Of a DNA stretch of 64,000 bases, positions 49,655-59,281 are shown one piece after another; within the stretch, counting starts at the first letter, position 1, and the number at the start of each line of letters is the position of its first letter. The position numbers and the translations under genes were made by a program. The notes below the pieces were generated by a model that worked only from the letters and a program-made list of their open reading frames with translations, was not told the origin of the DNA and searched no databases. Location: contig OZ245020.1 of assembly GCA_965223865.1 (NCBI GenBank), forward strand, positions 960,001-1,024,000, in the 5' to 3' direction. The DNA comes from Nitrosarchaeum sp. GTDB lineage: Archaea; Thermoproteota; Nitrososphaeria; Nitrososphaerales; Nitrosopumilaceae.

Positions 49655-51823
49655 ATGAAAGTTGCTTTAATTTACAATGAACGAGAAATCAATCCTGAGG
49701 ACGTAATCAATGTCTTTGGGATGACCACCAAAGAACATTATAGTAAAAAGGCAGTTGAGCGTGTTGCAAGAGCTCTAGAAAAAGGTGGACATACAGTCAA
49801 GGTAGTTGAAGGAGACATTCACTTGGCAGATGAGCTACGTGAGTTTATGCCAAAGGTAGTTGCAGGAGACTCTCCAGGAATGGTATTCAACATGGCATAT
49901 GGAATCCAAGGACAGAATCGTTACACACATGTTCCAGCAATGATGGAGATGTTAGGCATTCCATACATAGGATCAGGACCTGCAGGACACGCTATAGTTC
50001 AAGACAAGGTAATGACAAAAATCATCTTACAGAAAAACAATATTCCAACCCCTGGATTCTGGGTTTTCAAAACTGCAGAAGATACTTTTGATGATTTAAT
50101 ATTTCCTGTGATTGTTAAACCAAAACTAGAATCCACCTCGATGGGCATGGAAGTAGTTGACAACTGGGATGATCTGCGCAAGGCAGTAAAGGTGCAGATT
50201 GAAAAATTTCAACAAGATATTCTAGTAGAACAATTCATTTCGGGAAGAGAGTTTGCAGTAGGTATCCTGGGAAACACCCCCAACATCGACATTCTTCCCA
50301 TAGTTGAAATCAATCTAGATAATCCAGATCAAATTCAGACTATAGAGGATAAAAAGAAAAAAGGAGGGGTTGACAAGACATGTCCGGCAAAATTATCCAA
50401 AGAAAAAACAGAAGAGATGAAACAGATGTGCATAGATGCATTCTCATCTTTGGGACTAAATGATTACAGCAGGGTTGATTTTAGGATGGACAAAGATGAG
50501 AATCTTTACATTCTTGAATTAAATTCAATGGCAAGTCTTGGAATGGGAGGTTCACTATTTTACGCTGCACAAACTGCCGGATACACTTATGAATCTTTGA
50601 TCAACAAAATTCTTGATGTTGCAGTAATGAGATACTTTGGCTCATCACAAAAAATCGCAGAAATAGAGCCAGACATGACACAACCATTACGTGTAGTTGC
50701 AAGGACATACTTGCGAGGACATCTGCAAAGCATTAAAGAAACTCTAAGGGACTTGGTGAATCTCAATACTCATGTATATAATATTGACAACGTAAACAGG
50801 ATGGGCAATATTTTATCTCGCAGGCTAAAGCATTTGGGGTTTAATGAATATATTCACAAACAATTTGAGATCGGAGATTTTCGTTTTTTTAAAAATCATG
50901 ATGAATCAGAAAATGATGTCCTGATTGTATCTCATATTGATACTCACTACGGGCCAAATGACTTGATAAACTATTATGAAGATGGTGATAAAATACTTGG
51001 CTCTGGAATAGCTGAAAGCAAGGGAGGTCTAGTTGTGATGCTAGGTGCATTACATGCACTTCGATTTGCAAAGAAACTCCGTAAGGTAAAATGCGCAGTA
51101 CTGTTAACTACTGATGACAGTCTGGGGGGAAAATTTAGTAAGGATCTAGTGCAGCAATATTCTAAAACATCAAGGTACATCATGGGGTTAAAGTCTGCTA
51201 GTAAGGAGGGGGGAATAATTACAACATGTTATGGACGAAATGACTATCAGATTCGCTTTACTGCTCCTAATATAACATCTGCAGACATTCATGGCATCAT
51301 CCCAGTATTAGGCAAGAAAATCTCAGCAATTGAGAAATTATCAAAAGACGAAAAAGACTATCGCCTCAGAACAACTTCCATTGTTGCTCAAGGTTCTCAT
51401 GGTCACACCCCTAATTATGCAACCCTGTCTTTGGTTTCAAGTTACAAGACGCCCCAACTGGGAGACTCGCTTGATTCAAAAATACGAAATATTATGAAAA
51501 AACGAGAAACAGGTGCTCCAAAACTTGATGTGGCAATTAACAGAGTTCAGACAAGACCGCCAGTAATGGAAGAAGAGTCAGATAAGGCCTTTTATGAGAT
51601 GATAGAAGATTTAGCAAAGAGACATGAGATTAAGATAAAACGACACGAACAAATCATGTCTTCAGATATTAGTAATGTGCCTCCTGAACTTCCAGCACTA
51701 GATGGATTCGGTCCAAAGGGTCACAAGTACCGCTCTCCTCAAGAGTATATCATTCATGACAGTATCGTTGAAAGGGCAGCCCTTCTAACATCTGTTATTT
51801 ACAGATGTTTTGAGAAAAAATGA
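49655..51823 (+). CDS. D-Ala-D-Ala-ligase-like ATP-grasp ligase fused to M20/CPG2-like domain
   Basis: N-half: GIPYIGSG, DKVMTK, IVKP..STSMG, VEQFISGREF, RVDF, LELN; C-half: SHIDT, GSGIAESKGG, DGFGP.G. Confidence 0.85.
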   Translation: MKVALIYNEREINPEDVINVFGMTTKEHYSKKAVERVARALEKGGHTVKVVEGDIHLADELREFMPKVVAGDSPGMVFNMAYGIQGQNRYTHVPAMMEMLGIPYIGSGPAGHAIVQDKVMTKIILQKNNIPTPGFWVFKTAEDTFDDLIFPVIVKPKLESTSMGMEVVDNWDDLRKAVKVQIEKFQQDILVEQFISGREFAVGILGNTPNIDILPIVEINLDNPDQIQTIEDKKKKGGVDKTCPAKLSKEKTEEMKQMCIDAFSSLGLNDYSRVDFRMDKDENLYILELNSMASLGMGGSLFYAAQTAGYTYESLINKILDVAVMRYFGSSQKIAEIEPDMTQPLRVVARTYLRGHLQSIKETLRDLVNLNTHVYNIDNVNRMGNILSRRLKHLGFNEYIHKQFEIGDFRFFKNHDESENDVLIVSHIDTHYGPNDLINYYEDGDKILGSGIAESKGGLVVMLGALHALRFAKKLRKVKCAVLLTTDDSLGGKFSKDLVQQYSKTSRYIMGLKSASKEGGIITTCYGRNDYQIRFTAPNITSADIHGIIPVLGKKISAIEKLSKDEKDYRLRTTSIVAQGSHGHTPNYATLSLVSSYKTPQLGDSLDSKIRNIMKKRETGAPKLDVAINRVQTRPPVMEEESDKAFYEMIEDLAKRHEIKIKRHEQIMSSDISNVPPELPALDGFGPKGHKYRSPQEYIIHDSIVERAALLTSVIYRCFEKK

Positions 51824-53082
51824 GTCTTGAGTATGAGTTAGCAGCATTAGCTGCACTTATCGGATTGTCTGGTTTTTTTAGTGGACTAGAAGTCGCTTTG
51901 GTAGGTACCTCTCAGGCAACCATTGAAAGGCTCGTAAAAGAAAAGGTAAAAGGTGCAAAATCGCTTCAAAAACTAAAATCAAATCCAGGGTGGATGATGT
52001 CCAGTGTAAATCTTGGAAACAATCTTGTAAACATTGGTTCGGCATCTCTGGCTACTGTGATCTCAATTGAGATTTTTGGAGAAAATGGAGTTGGCATTGC
52101 AGTTGGAATAATGACTTTTTTGGTGATCATATTTGGAGAGGTCACTCCAAAGACATACTGTAATGCAAATGCTACAAAAATAGCGTTACGAAGTAGCGGA
52201 ATTTTACTTGCATTCAGCTATGTGTTTTATCCTGCAGTTTGGATTTTAGAAAAAATTACGCGCAGCATCATTAAAGTTACAGGAAGCGATTATCTGCCAC
52301 CTGCATTAACTGAAGAAGAGATCAAAGGGATAATCGAACAGGGACACAAAGACAAGGCCCTTGAGAAAGCTGAGAGAGACTTGGTTCGTGGAGCCCTAGA
52401 ATTTGATGATAGGGCAGTCAGGTCTGTTATGATGCCCAGAACAAAGATGTTCTGCCTGCACGCCAACGCACCATTAATTGATGCAGCAGACGCCATCCAC
52501 AAAAGTGGTCATTCCAGAATTCCAATCTATGGCAAAGACCTTGATGACATAGTTGGCATATTGCATGTACGGGATATACTCATACATCTAAAAGAGGCAG
52601 AGATCCAAAAGAAGAATCTTAGAGAGTTTGTAAGGGATCCAATTTATGTCTCACAGGAAAAGAGAATGAGCGATTTGTTAAAACAGATGCAGGCCAAGAA
52701 CACCCACATGGCAATTGTGGTTGATGAATTTGGAGGAGTCGAGGGATTAGTTACACTTGAGGATCTTATCGAAGAGATAGTCGGAGAGATTCATGATGAA
52801 ACAGATTCAACAAAACCATTGTATGAGAAAGTTGATGCAAACACAATAATCACAAACGGAGATATTGAAATTGACATTATTAATGAAATTTTTAAAACGA
52901 ACATTCAATATGGTGACAATTATTCTACACTAAACGGGTTACTGCATGAAAACTTGCATGATATTCCAGAAGTTGGAGATGTTGTCAAAATTGATCCTCT
53001 TTCAATAAAGGTTGAAAAAGTTTCAAAAAACAGACCTACAGTTATACGCATTGAGAAAATAAAAAAACCTGAACAGACATGA
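51820..53082 (+). CDS. CNNM/CorB-type (DUF21-CBS-CorC) Mg2+ transport protein
   Basis: FFSGLEVA, LGNNLVN, FGEVTPK, VMMPR, GHSRIPIY, VVDEFGG..GLVTLEDLIEEIVGEI; ATGA overlap with the ligase. Confidence 0.92.
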   Translation: MSLEYELAALAALIGLSGFFSGLEVALVGTSQATIERLVKEKVKGAKSLQKLKSNPGWMMSSVNLGNNLVNIGSASLATVISIEIFGENGVGIAVGIMTFLVIIFGEVTPKTYCNANATKIALRSSGILLAFSYVFYPAVWILEKITRSIIKVTGSDYLPPALTEEEIKGIIEQGHKDKALEKAERDLVRGALEFDDRAVRSVMMPRTKMFCLHANAPLIDAADAIHKSGHSRIPIYGKDLDDIVGILHVRDILIHLKEAEIQKKNLREFVRDPIYVSQEKRMSDLLKQMQAKNTHMAIVVDEFGGVEGLVTLEDLIEEIVGEIHDETDSTKPLYEKVDANTIITNGDIEIDIINEIFKTNIQYGDNYSTLNGLLHENLHDIPEVGDVVKIDPLSIKVEKVSKNRPTVIRIEKIKKPEQT

Positions 53083-54728
53083 AAGAGCAGATTGGAATTG
53101 TCGTAAATAGACTTGTAATAGGATTTACTTTTGCATTTGTCTATCAAATAGTAATTGGTGTTGCAACATCTCTGTTGTCATTACCCCTTACTGGAAACAT
53201 ACAAGATTTGATTGCAGGAATAGAACAAATTGAATCCTATCAAGGTTCTTGGTTTATAGCTTGGTGGATTGTCTCTACAATAATAATTACTGCGCTATCT
53301 CTTTTGGTTGTAAAATACAGGAAATACTTTTCTCCTTACAAAGAAGAAAAAAACATAGATCTTCCAACAAGAATTACTGCACTTACGGCCCTTATTGTAG
53401 GTGCAATAATCTCTTTTCTGTTTTTCTTGTTAGATTTGATAATAGGCTCGTTGGTAAAAATAGGTACTGCTACAGACGTACAAGCAATCTATCAAGCTGC
53501 AACTGCAGGTGATTTTACTCCTCTTACAGTAAGCATTGTGTTTTCTATACTTGCAGGATTTATCATAGTTGGGGTAGTCAGCAAAACTTCCAAAGTTTCA
53601 GAGATTACCCGTGAGTTTGGAATAAATGAATTTACGCGGTTTTCTAAAATCATAAGCAAGAAGAAAGAAGATAACAGAACCACAATTGCCGATACCATCG
53701 GACTTAGACCTGGAGAACTTGTACATGTAGGAGAAAGAAAAGTAGACAAGACTCGAATAGACCTTATTGAATTTGATGAAAAAGACATCAATGAAATCAA
53801 GGATGCATCAATTAAGACGTGTTTAGAATCTAAAAGTAAATCCAATATATCATGGATAAACATCATTGGAATACATGATCCTGACATCATCGGAAAGTTT
53901 GGAAATGCGTTTGGCCTACATACTCTACACCAGGCCAACATAATGAATACAGAGTTGAGACCATCCATTGAGATCTCCGATGAATATATTCATCTTATGC
54001 TAAAGATGCCGCACTTTAGCGAGGAAAAAGGAAAAATTGAGCTTGAACACATATCGCTTGTCATAGCACAAGACCATCTTTTGTCGTTTCAGGAGATTGA
54101 GCAAGATTTCTTTGATGGAATTCGAAAGAGACTAAAAGAGAATCTTGGCACCATTAGAAAACGTAAGACCGATTATCTAGCATATGCATTAATTGATGCA
54201 ATTGTTGATAGTTACTTTGTCATCCTTGAAAAAATTGGTGACATAACAGAAAACTTAGAAGATGAACTGATGTCCGATCCTAATCCTAGTACCTTGCAAA
54301 CCCTTCAGCTATTGAAACGACAAATGATTCTGCTTAGAAAATCTGTTTGGCCTGCAAGAGAAGTGATAGACAGTCTGCAACGCAGTCATGCTGTTCTTAT
54401 CTTTGATGAAACAAAGACGTATCTGAGAGACTCATACAATCACATAGTCCAAGTAATAGACACTATTGAAGGATTGCGTGATGTAATTGGTGGAATGGTA
54501 GATACCTATCTTTCCAGCGTAAGCAACAAAATGAATGAGGTGATGAAGACACTTACTGTCATTGCCAGCATATTCATTCCCATAACCTTCATTGCTGGGA
54601 TATATGGTACCAATTTTAGCTATGTTCCAGAATTAGAATGGGAGGGAAGCTATTTTGTCATGCTTGGTGTAATGATCATAATAGTTGCGGTAATGGTGTC
54701 GTGGTTTAAGAAAAAAAATTGGATTTAG
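53079..54728 (+). CDS. corA: CorA Mg2+/Co2+ transporter with extra N-terminal membrane domain
   Basis: GLRPG.LVHVGE, WINIIG, MNEVMKTLT, FIAGIYGTNF, PELEW; ATGA overlap; ~190 aa N-terminal extension. Confidence 0.88.
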   Translation: MKEQIGIVVNRLVIGFTFAFVYQIVIGVATSLLSLPLTGNIQDLIAGIEQIESYQGSWFIAWWIVSTIIITALSLLVVKYRKYFSPYKEEKNIDLPTRITALTALIVGAIISFLFFLLDLIIGSLVKIGTATDVQAIYQAATAGDFTPLTVSIVFSILAGFIIVGVVSKTSKVSEITREFGINEFTRFSKIISKKKEDNRTTIADTIGLRPGELVHVGERKVDKTRIDLIEFDEKDINEIKDASIKTCLESKSKSNISWINIIGIHDPDIIGKFGNAFGLHTLHQANIMNTELRPSIEISDEYIHLMLKMPHFSEEKGKIELEHISLVIAQDHLLSFQEIEQDFFDGIRKRLKENLGTIRKRKTDYLAYALIDAIVDSYFVILEKIGDITENLEDELMSDPNPSTLQTLQLLKRQMILLRKSVWPAREVIDSLQRSHAVLIFDETKTYLRDSYNHIVQVIDTIEGLRDVIGGMVDTYLSSVSNKMNEVMKTLTVIASIFIPITFIAGIYGTNFSYVPELEWEGSYFVMLGVMIIIVAVMVSWFKKKNWI

Positions 54729-54738
54729 TGTTTGATAG

Positions 54739-55530
54739 ATGACCAACAAAGCAATGCAACGTGCATATGAAATTCTTGAAGGCACTACTGATGACAAACT
54801 TGCAAAAGGATTTCAGATTTTTATCATATCCTTGATTGCAATAAATGTTCTATTTGTTATCATTGAAACTGAAGAATCGGTTTTAGATGAGTATGGTTAT
54901 CTTTTTACTCCCTTTGAAGTTTTTTCGGTAATAATTTTCACAACAGAATACATTGGAAGAATAATTGTCTGTAGGTTAAATCCAAAATATGAGAAGAGCA
55001 GATATGCAAGACTCCGATTTGTCTTTACCCCGATGATGTTAGTTGATTTGGCTGCAATATTGCCATTCTTCTTGCCGTTTGTAGTAACAGATCTTAGGTT
55101 CATAAGAATAATCAGACTCTTGAGACTATTCAGGCTGTTTAAGCTTGCCAGATATTCTGATCCGATGCAAACACTTGGCGAGGTATTCAAGGCAAAAGCA
55201 GGAGATCTTTCCATTGCATTTTTTATTCTTTTCATAGTGTTGATCTTTGCATCAAGTTTGATGTATTATGCAGAAAATGAATCTCAGCCAGAGATATTTT
55301 CTAGCATTCCTGCATCAATGTGGTGGGGAATTATCACATTAACTACTATAGGATATGGAGACACATACCCAGTAACAGTGTTAGGCAAGATAGTTGGCGG
55401 GGCAGTAGCCGTTCTTGGCATTGCAGTTTATGCCATTCCTACAGGCATCATGGCATCTGCATTTACTGAAGAATTACGCAAAAAAAGACAAAAGAAACGA
55501 ACATGCCCTCATTGTGGCAAGGAGATCTAA
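54739..55530 (+). CDS. Voltage-gated-type K+ channel (6TM)
   Basis: S4 RFIRIIRLLRLFRLFK, filter TTIGYGD, C-terminal CPHCG. Confidence 0.92.
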   Translation: MTNKAMQRAYEILEGTTDDKLAKGFQIFIISLIAINVLFVIIETEESVLDEYGYLFTPFEVFSVIIFTTEYIGRIIVCRLNPKYEKSRYARLRFVFTPMMLVDLAAILPFFLPFVVTDLRFIRIIRLLRLFRLFKLARYSDPMQTLGEVFKAKAGDLSIAFFILFIVLIFASSLMYYAENESQPEIFSSIPASMWWGIITLTTIGYGDTYPVTVLGKIVGGAVAVLGIAVYAIPTGIMASAFTEELRKKRQKKRTCPHCGKEI

Positions 55531-55535
55531 AAAAA

Positions 55536-57167
55536 TTGGACATAAAAAAGATTGAAAACTCGTTTATCTCAACGTCTGACAAGAAATTTTCTTATGCAAA
55601 ACATGGCATGGTTTCCAGTGCGTTTCCTGATGCAACAAAGGCAGGAATTGAAATACTAAAGAAAGGAGGAAATGCCATAGATGCTGCATGTGCTACATCT
55701 ATTGCATTAGGTGTTTGTGAACCTCAAGCATCGGGCATTGGAGGACAATCCATGGCGATTTTACACATCAAAGGAAAAACAATCGCAATCGACGGGTCTA
55801 GCAGATCGCCTTCTCTTGCACATTCATCTATATTTCAAGGAAAGAGACCAAGATTGTTAGGATACAAGTCCACTACCGTTCCAAGTACTTTGGCTGTTAT
55901 TGGGTATATCCATGAGCGATATGGTGAATTAGAATGGCCAAAAATAATCCAACCAGCCATTAGAATTGCAAAACACGGTTACAAGATAACCAAACTCCAA
56001 CATGACTTGCAGGAAAGAGAGCTTGAAAATTTCTTGAAGATTAAATCAAAGTCAGGAGCAAAGTATTTTCTCAAAGACGGTCAAGTGCCTTATGATGTAG
56101 GAGATAGATTCATTCAAGAAGAGTTGGCAGATACTTTACGAAATATTTCAGAGCACGGATATAGAAGTTTCTATCATGGTCAGATTGCTAAAACAATCCA
56201 CAACGACATGAAAAAGAATAAAGGATTGATAAGAGACGAAGACCTGGCATTCATTCCCGAACCAATTGAAAGAAGACCAATCAGCAGATACTATCGCAGA
56301 ATAAACGTAGTAACCATGCCACCGCCTGCTGCCGGAAGAACCTTGCTTTTAACACTGATGATGCTTAATCATTTACCATCAAAATTTTTGAGAAGTTCAA
56401 AACCTGTTTCTTATCATTTTGTTGCAGAAACATTCAGAAAGGCGTTTTTCCATAGAGTGCAACGACCATTTAATCCTCATACATATCATCAAACTCAAGA
56501 TACGGTGCATTTGGCAAGAAGTTTTGCCAAACAAATGGCCGAATCCATTCACAGTACCATGGATGCTACTTTGCCCATGACTGATCCTGAATTTGGTGGT
56601 GAAGATACAACTCATCTCTCAGTAATGGATGATGAAGGCAACGCAGTAGGAATCACACAGTCAATTGAGTTGGCATATGGTGCAAAAACTGCTGCAGATG
56701 GATTGGGATTCCTTTACAATAATTACATGTCCGCATTTGAGTATACTAATCCTAACCATCCTTTTTTTATCAGGCCCAATGCCATTCCTTGGACGTCGGT
56801 TTCACCTGCATTTGTATTCTATGGGGGCAAGTTATGGATGGTAGTAGGCAGTCCTGGAAGCCAAAGAATATTTTCAGCTATAAGTCACTTTATCTCTAGA
56901 ATGGTTGACGGAGAACTACCAATGAGTGAAGCAATTCAGAGACCAAGGTTTCATTGCTCAATTGGAGGAACAGTAAGCTATGAGGATGAAGGATTTGATG
57001 ATAAAACATTGGACTATCTTACAGGAATAGGATATACTATTTCCAAGAAGGAGAGATGGTCGTTTTATCATGGGGCAATTCATGCAGTATTAAAATGTCA
57101 AACCAGAGAGGGATTTCAGGGTGTTGCAGAAGTAAGACGTGATGGAACAGCAGAGGGATTAAATTAA
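55536..57167 (+). CDS. ggt: Gamma-glutamyltransferase (cytoplasmic)
   Basis: GGNAIDAA, EPQASGIGG, PPPAAG, nucleophile DTTHLSV, LYNNYM, GSPG, RPRFH; likely TTG start at 55536 after GGAG; no signal peptide. Confidence 0.9.
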   Translation: MDIKKIENSFISTSDKKFSYAKHGMVSSAFPDATKAGIEILKKGGNAIDAACATSIALGVCEPQASGIGGQSMAILHIKGKTIAIDGSSRSPSLAHSSIFQGKRPRLLGYKSTTVPSTLAVIGYIHERYGELEWPKIIQPAIRIAKHGYKITKLQHDLQERELENFLKIKSKSGAKYFLKDGQVPYDVGDRFIQEELADTLRNISEHGYRSFYHGQIAKTIHNDMKKNKGLIRDEDLAFIPEPIERRPISRYYRRINVVTMPPPAAGRTLLLTLMMLNHLPSKFLRSSKPVSYHFVAETFRKAFFHRVQRPFNPHTYHQTQDTVHLARSFAKQMAESIHSTMDATLPMTDPEFGGEDTTHLSVMDDEGNAVGITQSIELAYGAKTAADGLGFLYNNYMSAFEYTNPNHPFFIRPNAIPWTSVSPAFVFYGGKLWMVVGSPGSQRIFSAISHFISRMVDGELPMSEAIQRPRFHCSIGGTVSYEDEGFDDKTLDYLTGIGYTISKKERWSFYHGAIHAVLKCQTREGFQGVAEVRRDGTAEGLN

Positions 57168-57193
57168 AAAACACATCACAACCACTGCCTATT

Positions 57194-57961
57194 TTGTTAT
57201 CCATTCCACATGGAGGAACACAAAAACCATCAGAGCTTGACGGACATTTGTGTATCGCTGACAGAGACATGTTTGATGATTCAGATCCATTTGTAATTGA
57301 GATTTATGATCTAGGGGAAAAAGTGCAACAGGTGATTAAGACAGACATTGCAAGGGCCTTCGTTGATCTTAACCGCTCTTTGCAAGATCTTCCACCAAAA
57401 AATCCTGATGGATTGATAAAAAGCACAACTTGCTATCAAAAACCCATTTACATAAAAGGAAAGGAACCCGATGAGGTATTAACTAATACTCTAATAGAAA
57501 TGTATTACAAACCATATCATAAGAAAATTCAGAAAAGTATTCATGAACTGGATTTGCAACTTTGTTTGGATTGCCATTCTATGGCATCGATTGCACCTAA
57601 CATTTCCCCAGACGGGAACAGTAAAAAAAGACCCATGTTTTGTCTTTCAAATCAAGATGGTAAAACATCATCAAATGAAATGATCAATATTTTAGCTGAA
57701 TGCATCTCTGAATCTTTTTCTGTTAGCAGAAATGAAATCGCTCTAAATGATCCGTTTCATGGAGGATACATCACAAAAACCTACGGCAACAACCCAATTC
57801 CATGGATCCAGATTGAGATGAATAGAGATCTATATTTATCAAAAGAGTGGTTTGACTATGAAACTCTAAGCGTTGACAATAAGAGATTAACTGCTTTAAA
57901 CCTCATGTTCAAAGATACGCTAGGTAAATTTTACAACAAATGCTTCAATGGCGAAGACTAA
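57194..57961 (+). CDS. N-formylglutamate amidohydrolase family protein
   Basis: SIPHGG, DSDP, ARAFVDLNR, YYKPYH, LDCHSM, NDPFHGGYIT, IQIEMNR.LY. Confidence 0.9.
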   Translation: MLSIPHGGTQKPSELDGHLCIADRDMFDDSDPFVIEIYDLGEKVQQVIKTDIARAFVDLNRSLQDLPPKNPDGLIKSTTCYQKPIYIKGKEPDEVLTNTLIEMYYKPYHKKIQKSIHELDLQLCLDCHSMASIAPNISPDGNSKKRPMFCLSNQDGKTSSNEMINILAECISESFSVSRNEIALNDPFHGGYITKTYGNNPIPWIQIEMNRDLYLSKEWFDYETLSVDNKRLTALNLMFKDTLGKFYNKCFNGED

Positions 57962-57994
57962 ACAAGAAAAGGCAATTGAGATTGAATTTTTCCA

Positions 57995-58180
57995 ATGCTG
58001 ACAACATTATCTTTTTTGGAATTTGCAGATAATTATTCAGAATTTGACTTTATAGTACTTGGCAGTATAATAGTTGTTTTGAATATTGACATGTATTTAG
58101 TAGGACCTATCTTTCTAATCAAGAAGATTTGCAAACGTCATATGTACCTAGACCCATCATTAAAACAAACAAAAGATTAA
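57995..58180 (+). CDS. Small membrane protein
   Basis: 61 aa with hydrophobic core, co-oriented at the end of the operon. Confidence 0.4.
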   Translation: MLTTLSFLEFADNYSEFDFIVLGSIIVVLNIDMYLVGPIFLIKKICKRHMYLDPSLKQTKD

Positions 58181-58210
58181 CAGATGCATAAATTGCTCTA
58201 AAAAATACTA

Positions 58211-59206
58211 TTATCCTCTATCAGTTTCTCCAGCAATGTCTCCTACAATCTCCTCTAAAAGATCTTCAACAGTTATAATTCCTTGTAGTTGTTCATCTTC
58301 ATCTAAAACAATTGCTACATGACTAACATTTTTTTTAAGGTCTACTAGCAACTCACTGATCTTTTCATTTGAAAAAACAAAAAATGGTTTTCTGGCAATC
58401 TTGCCTATCTTAGTTCTCTTGTATTCTTTTTCGGCAAGTCTAGCAATGTCCCATATGTGTAAGACTCCTACAATGTTTTCAGAAGTGTTTGAAAAAACAG
58501 GGATTCTAGAGAATCTCTTTTCTTTTATCTGTGGGAAAACCTCAGATAACAGGCTCTCAGCATTCAGCGAAAAAATATTCTTTTTTGGAGTCATTACATC
58601 AATGATTGGTTTGTCGTCAAATTCGAGTGCCTTGTGCACTAGATCATGCTCTTCACGTTCTATGGCCTTCTCAGATAATCCTAAATCTACTACCTCTTTG
58701 ATATCTTCCTCTGTAATTGGTTTTGGGGATGCAGTTCCTCCAACTAATTTTAAAAATGCTTTTGTCAAATACTCCAAAAACAAAACAAATGGATACATCA
58801 CATAAGTAAATGCAAGAAGAAAACTGCTAAAATACAAGGCTACTCTTTCAGACTGAATGTTAGAGTATGTCTTGGGCAAAATCTCGCCAAACACCAATAT
58901 TACAAAAGTCATTATTCCAATGGCAATTCCAACACCCTGATTGCCTAGCAGTTTAATGGCAACATCAGCTGCCAACACAGAAGAAGCTACATTGACCAAT
59001 GTGTTTCCTAAATTTACACTTGAGGTCATACGGCTTGGGTTTGTCTTTAGTTTGTATAGTGCAGACGCGCCTCTGATTTTTTTACGATACAATCTCATGA
59101 CTTTGGAACGTCTTGTACCAACGATAGCAATTTCAAGTCCGCTAAAAAGTGCATATAATCCAATAAGAATCAATATTGCAATGATCTCAATCTCCACATA
59201 TTCCAA
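58211..59206 (-). CDS. Second CNNM (DUF21-CBS) protein, lacking CorC domain
   Basis: FSGLEIA, LGNTLVN, FGEILPK, FSRIPVF, GIITVEDLLEEIVGDI. Confidence 0.9.
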   Translation of the reverse strand: MEYVEIEIIAILILIGLYALFSGLEIAIVGTRRSKVMRLYRKKIRGASALYKLKTNPSRMTSSVNLGNTLVNVASSVLAADVAIKLLGNQGVGIAIGIMTFVILVFGEILPKTYSNIQSERVALYFSSFLLAFTYVMYPFVLFLEYLTKAFLKLVGGTASPKPITEEDIKEVVDLGLSEKAIEREEHDLVHKALEFDDKPIIDVMTPKKNIFSLNAESLLSEVFPQIKEKRFSRIPVFSNTSENIVGVLHIWDIARLAEKEYKRTKIGKIARKPFFVFSNEKISELLVDLKKNVSHVAIVLDEDEQLQGIITVEDLLEEIVGDIAGETDRG

Positions 59207-59281
59207 TTAAAAATCGACAGATTTTTGAGAAGTTAAATGATATTTAAAATATCATAGGTGAAATTGATTGCAAATATTCCA

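Noticed and set aside
49655-51823. Calling this gene ddl (cell-wall D-Ala-D-Ala ligase)
   Set aside because: D-Ala-binding motifs are altered, it carries an M20 fusion, and there is no peptidoglycan context
57194-57961. Histidine utilisation (hutG) pathway
   Set aside because: No hutH/U/I/F in the window; context points to the ligase/GGT operon, although hut genes elsewhere cannot be excluded
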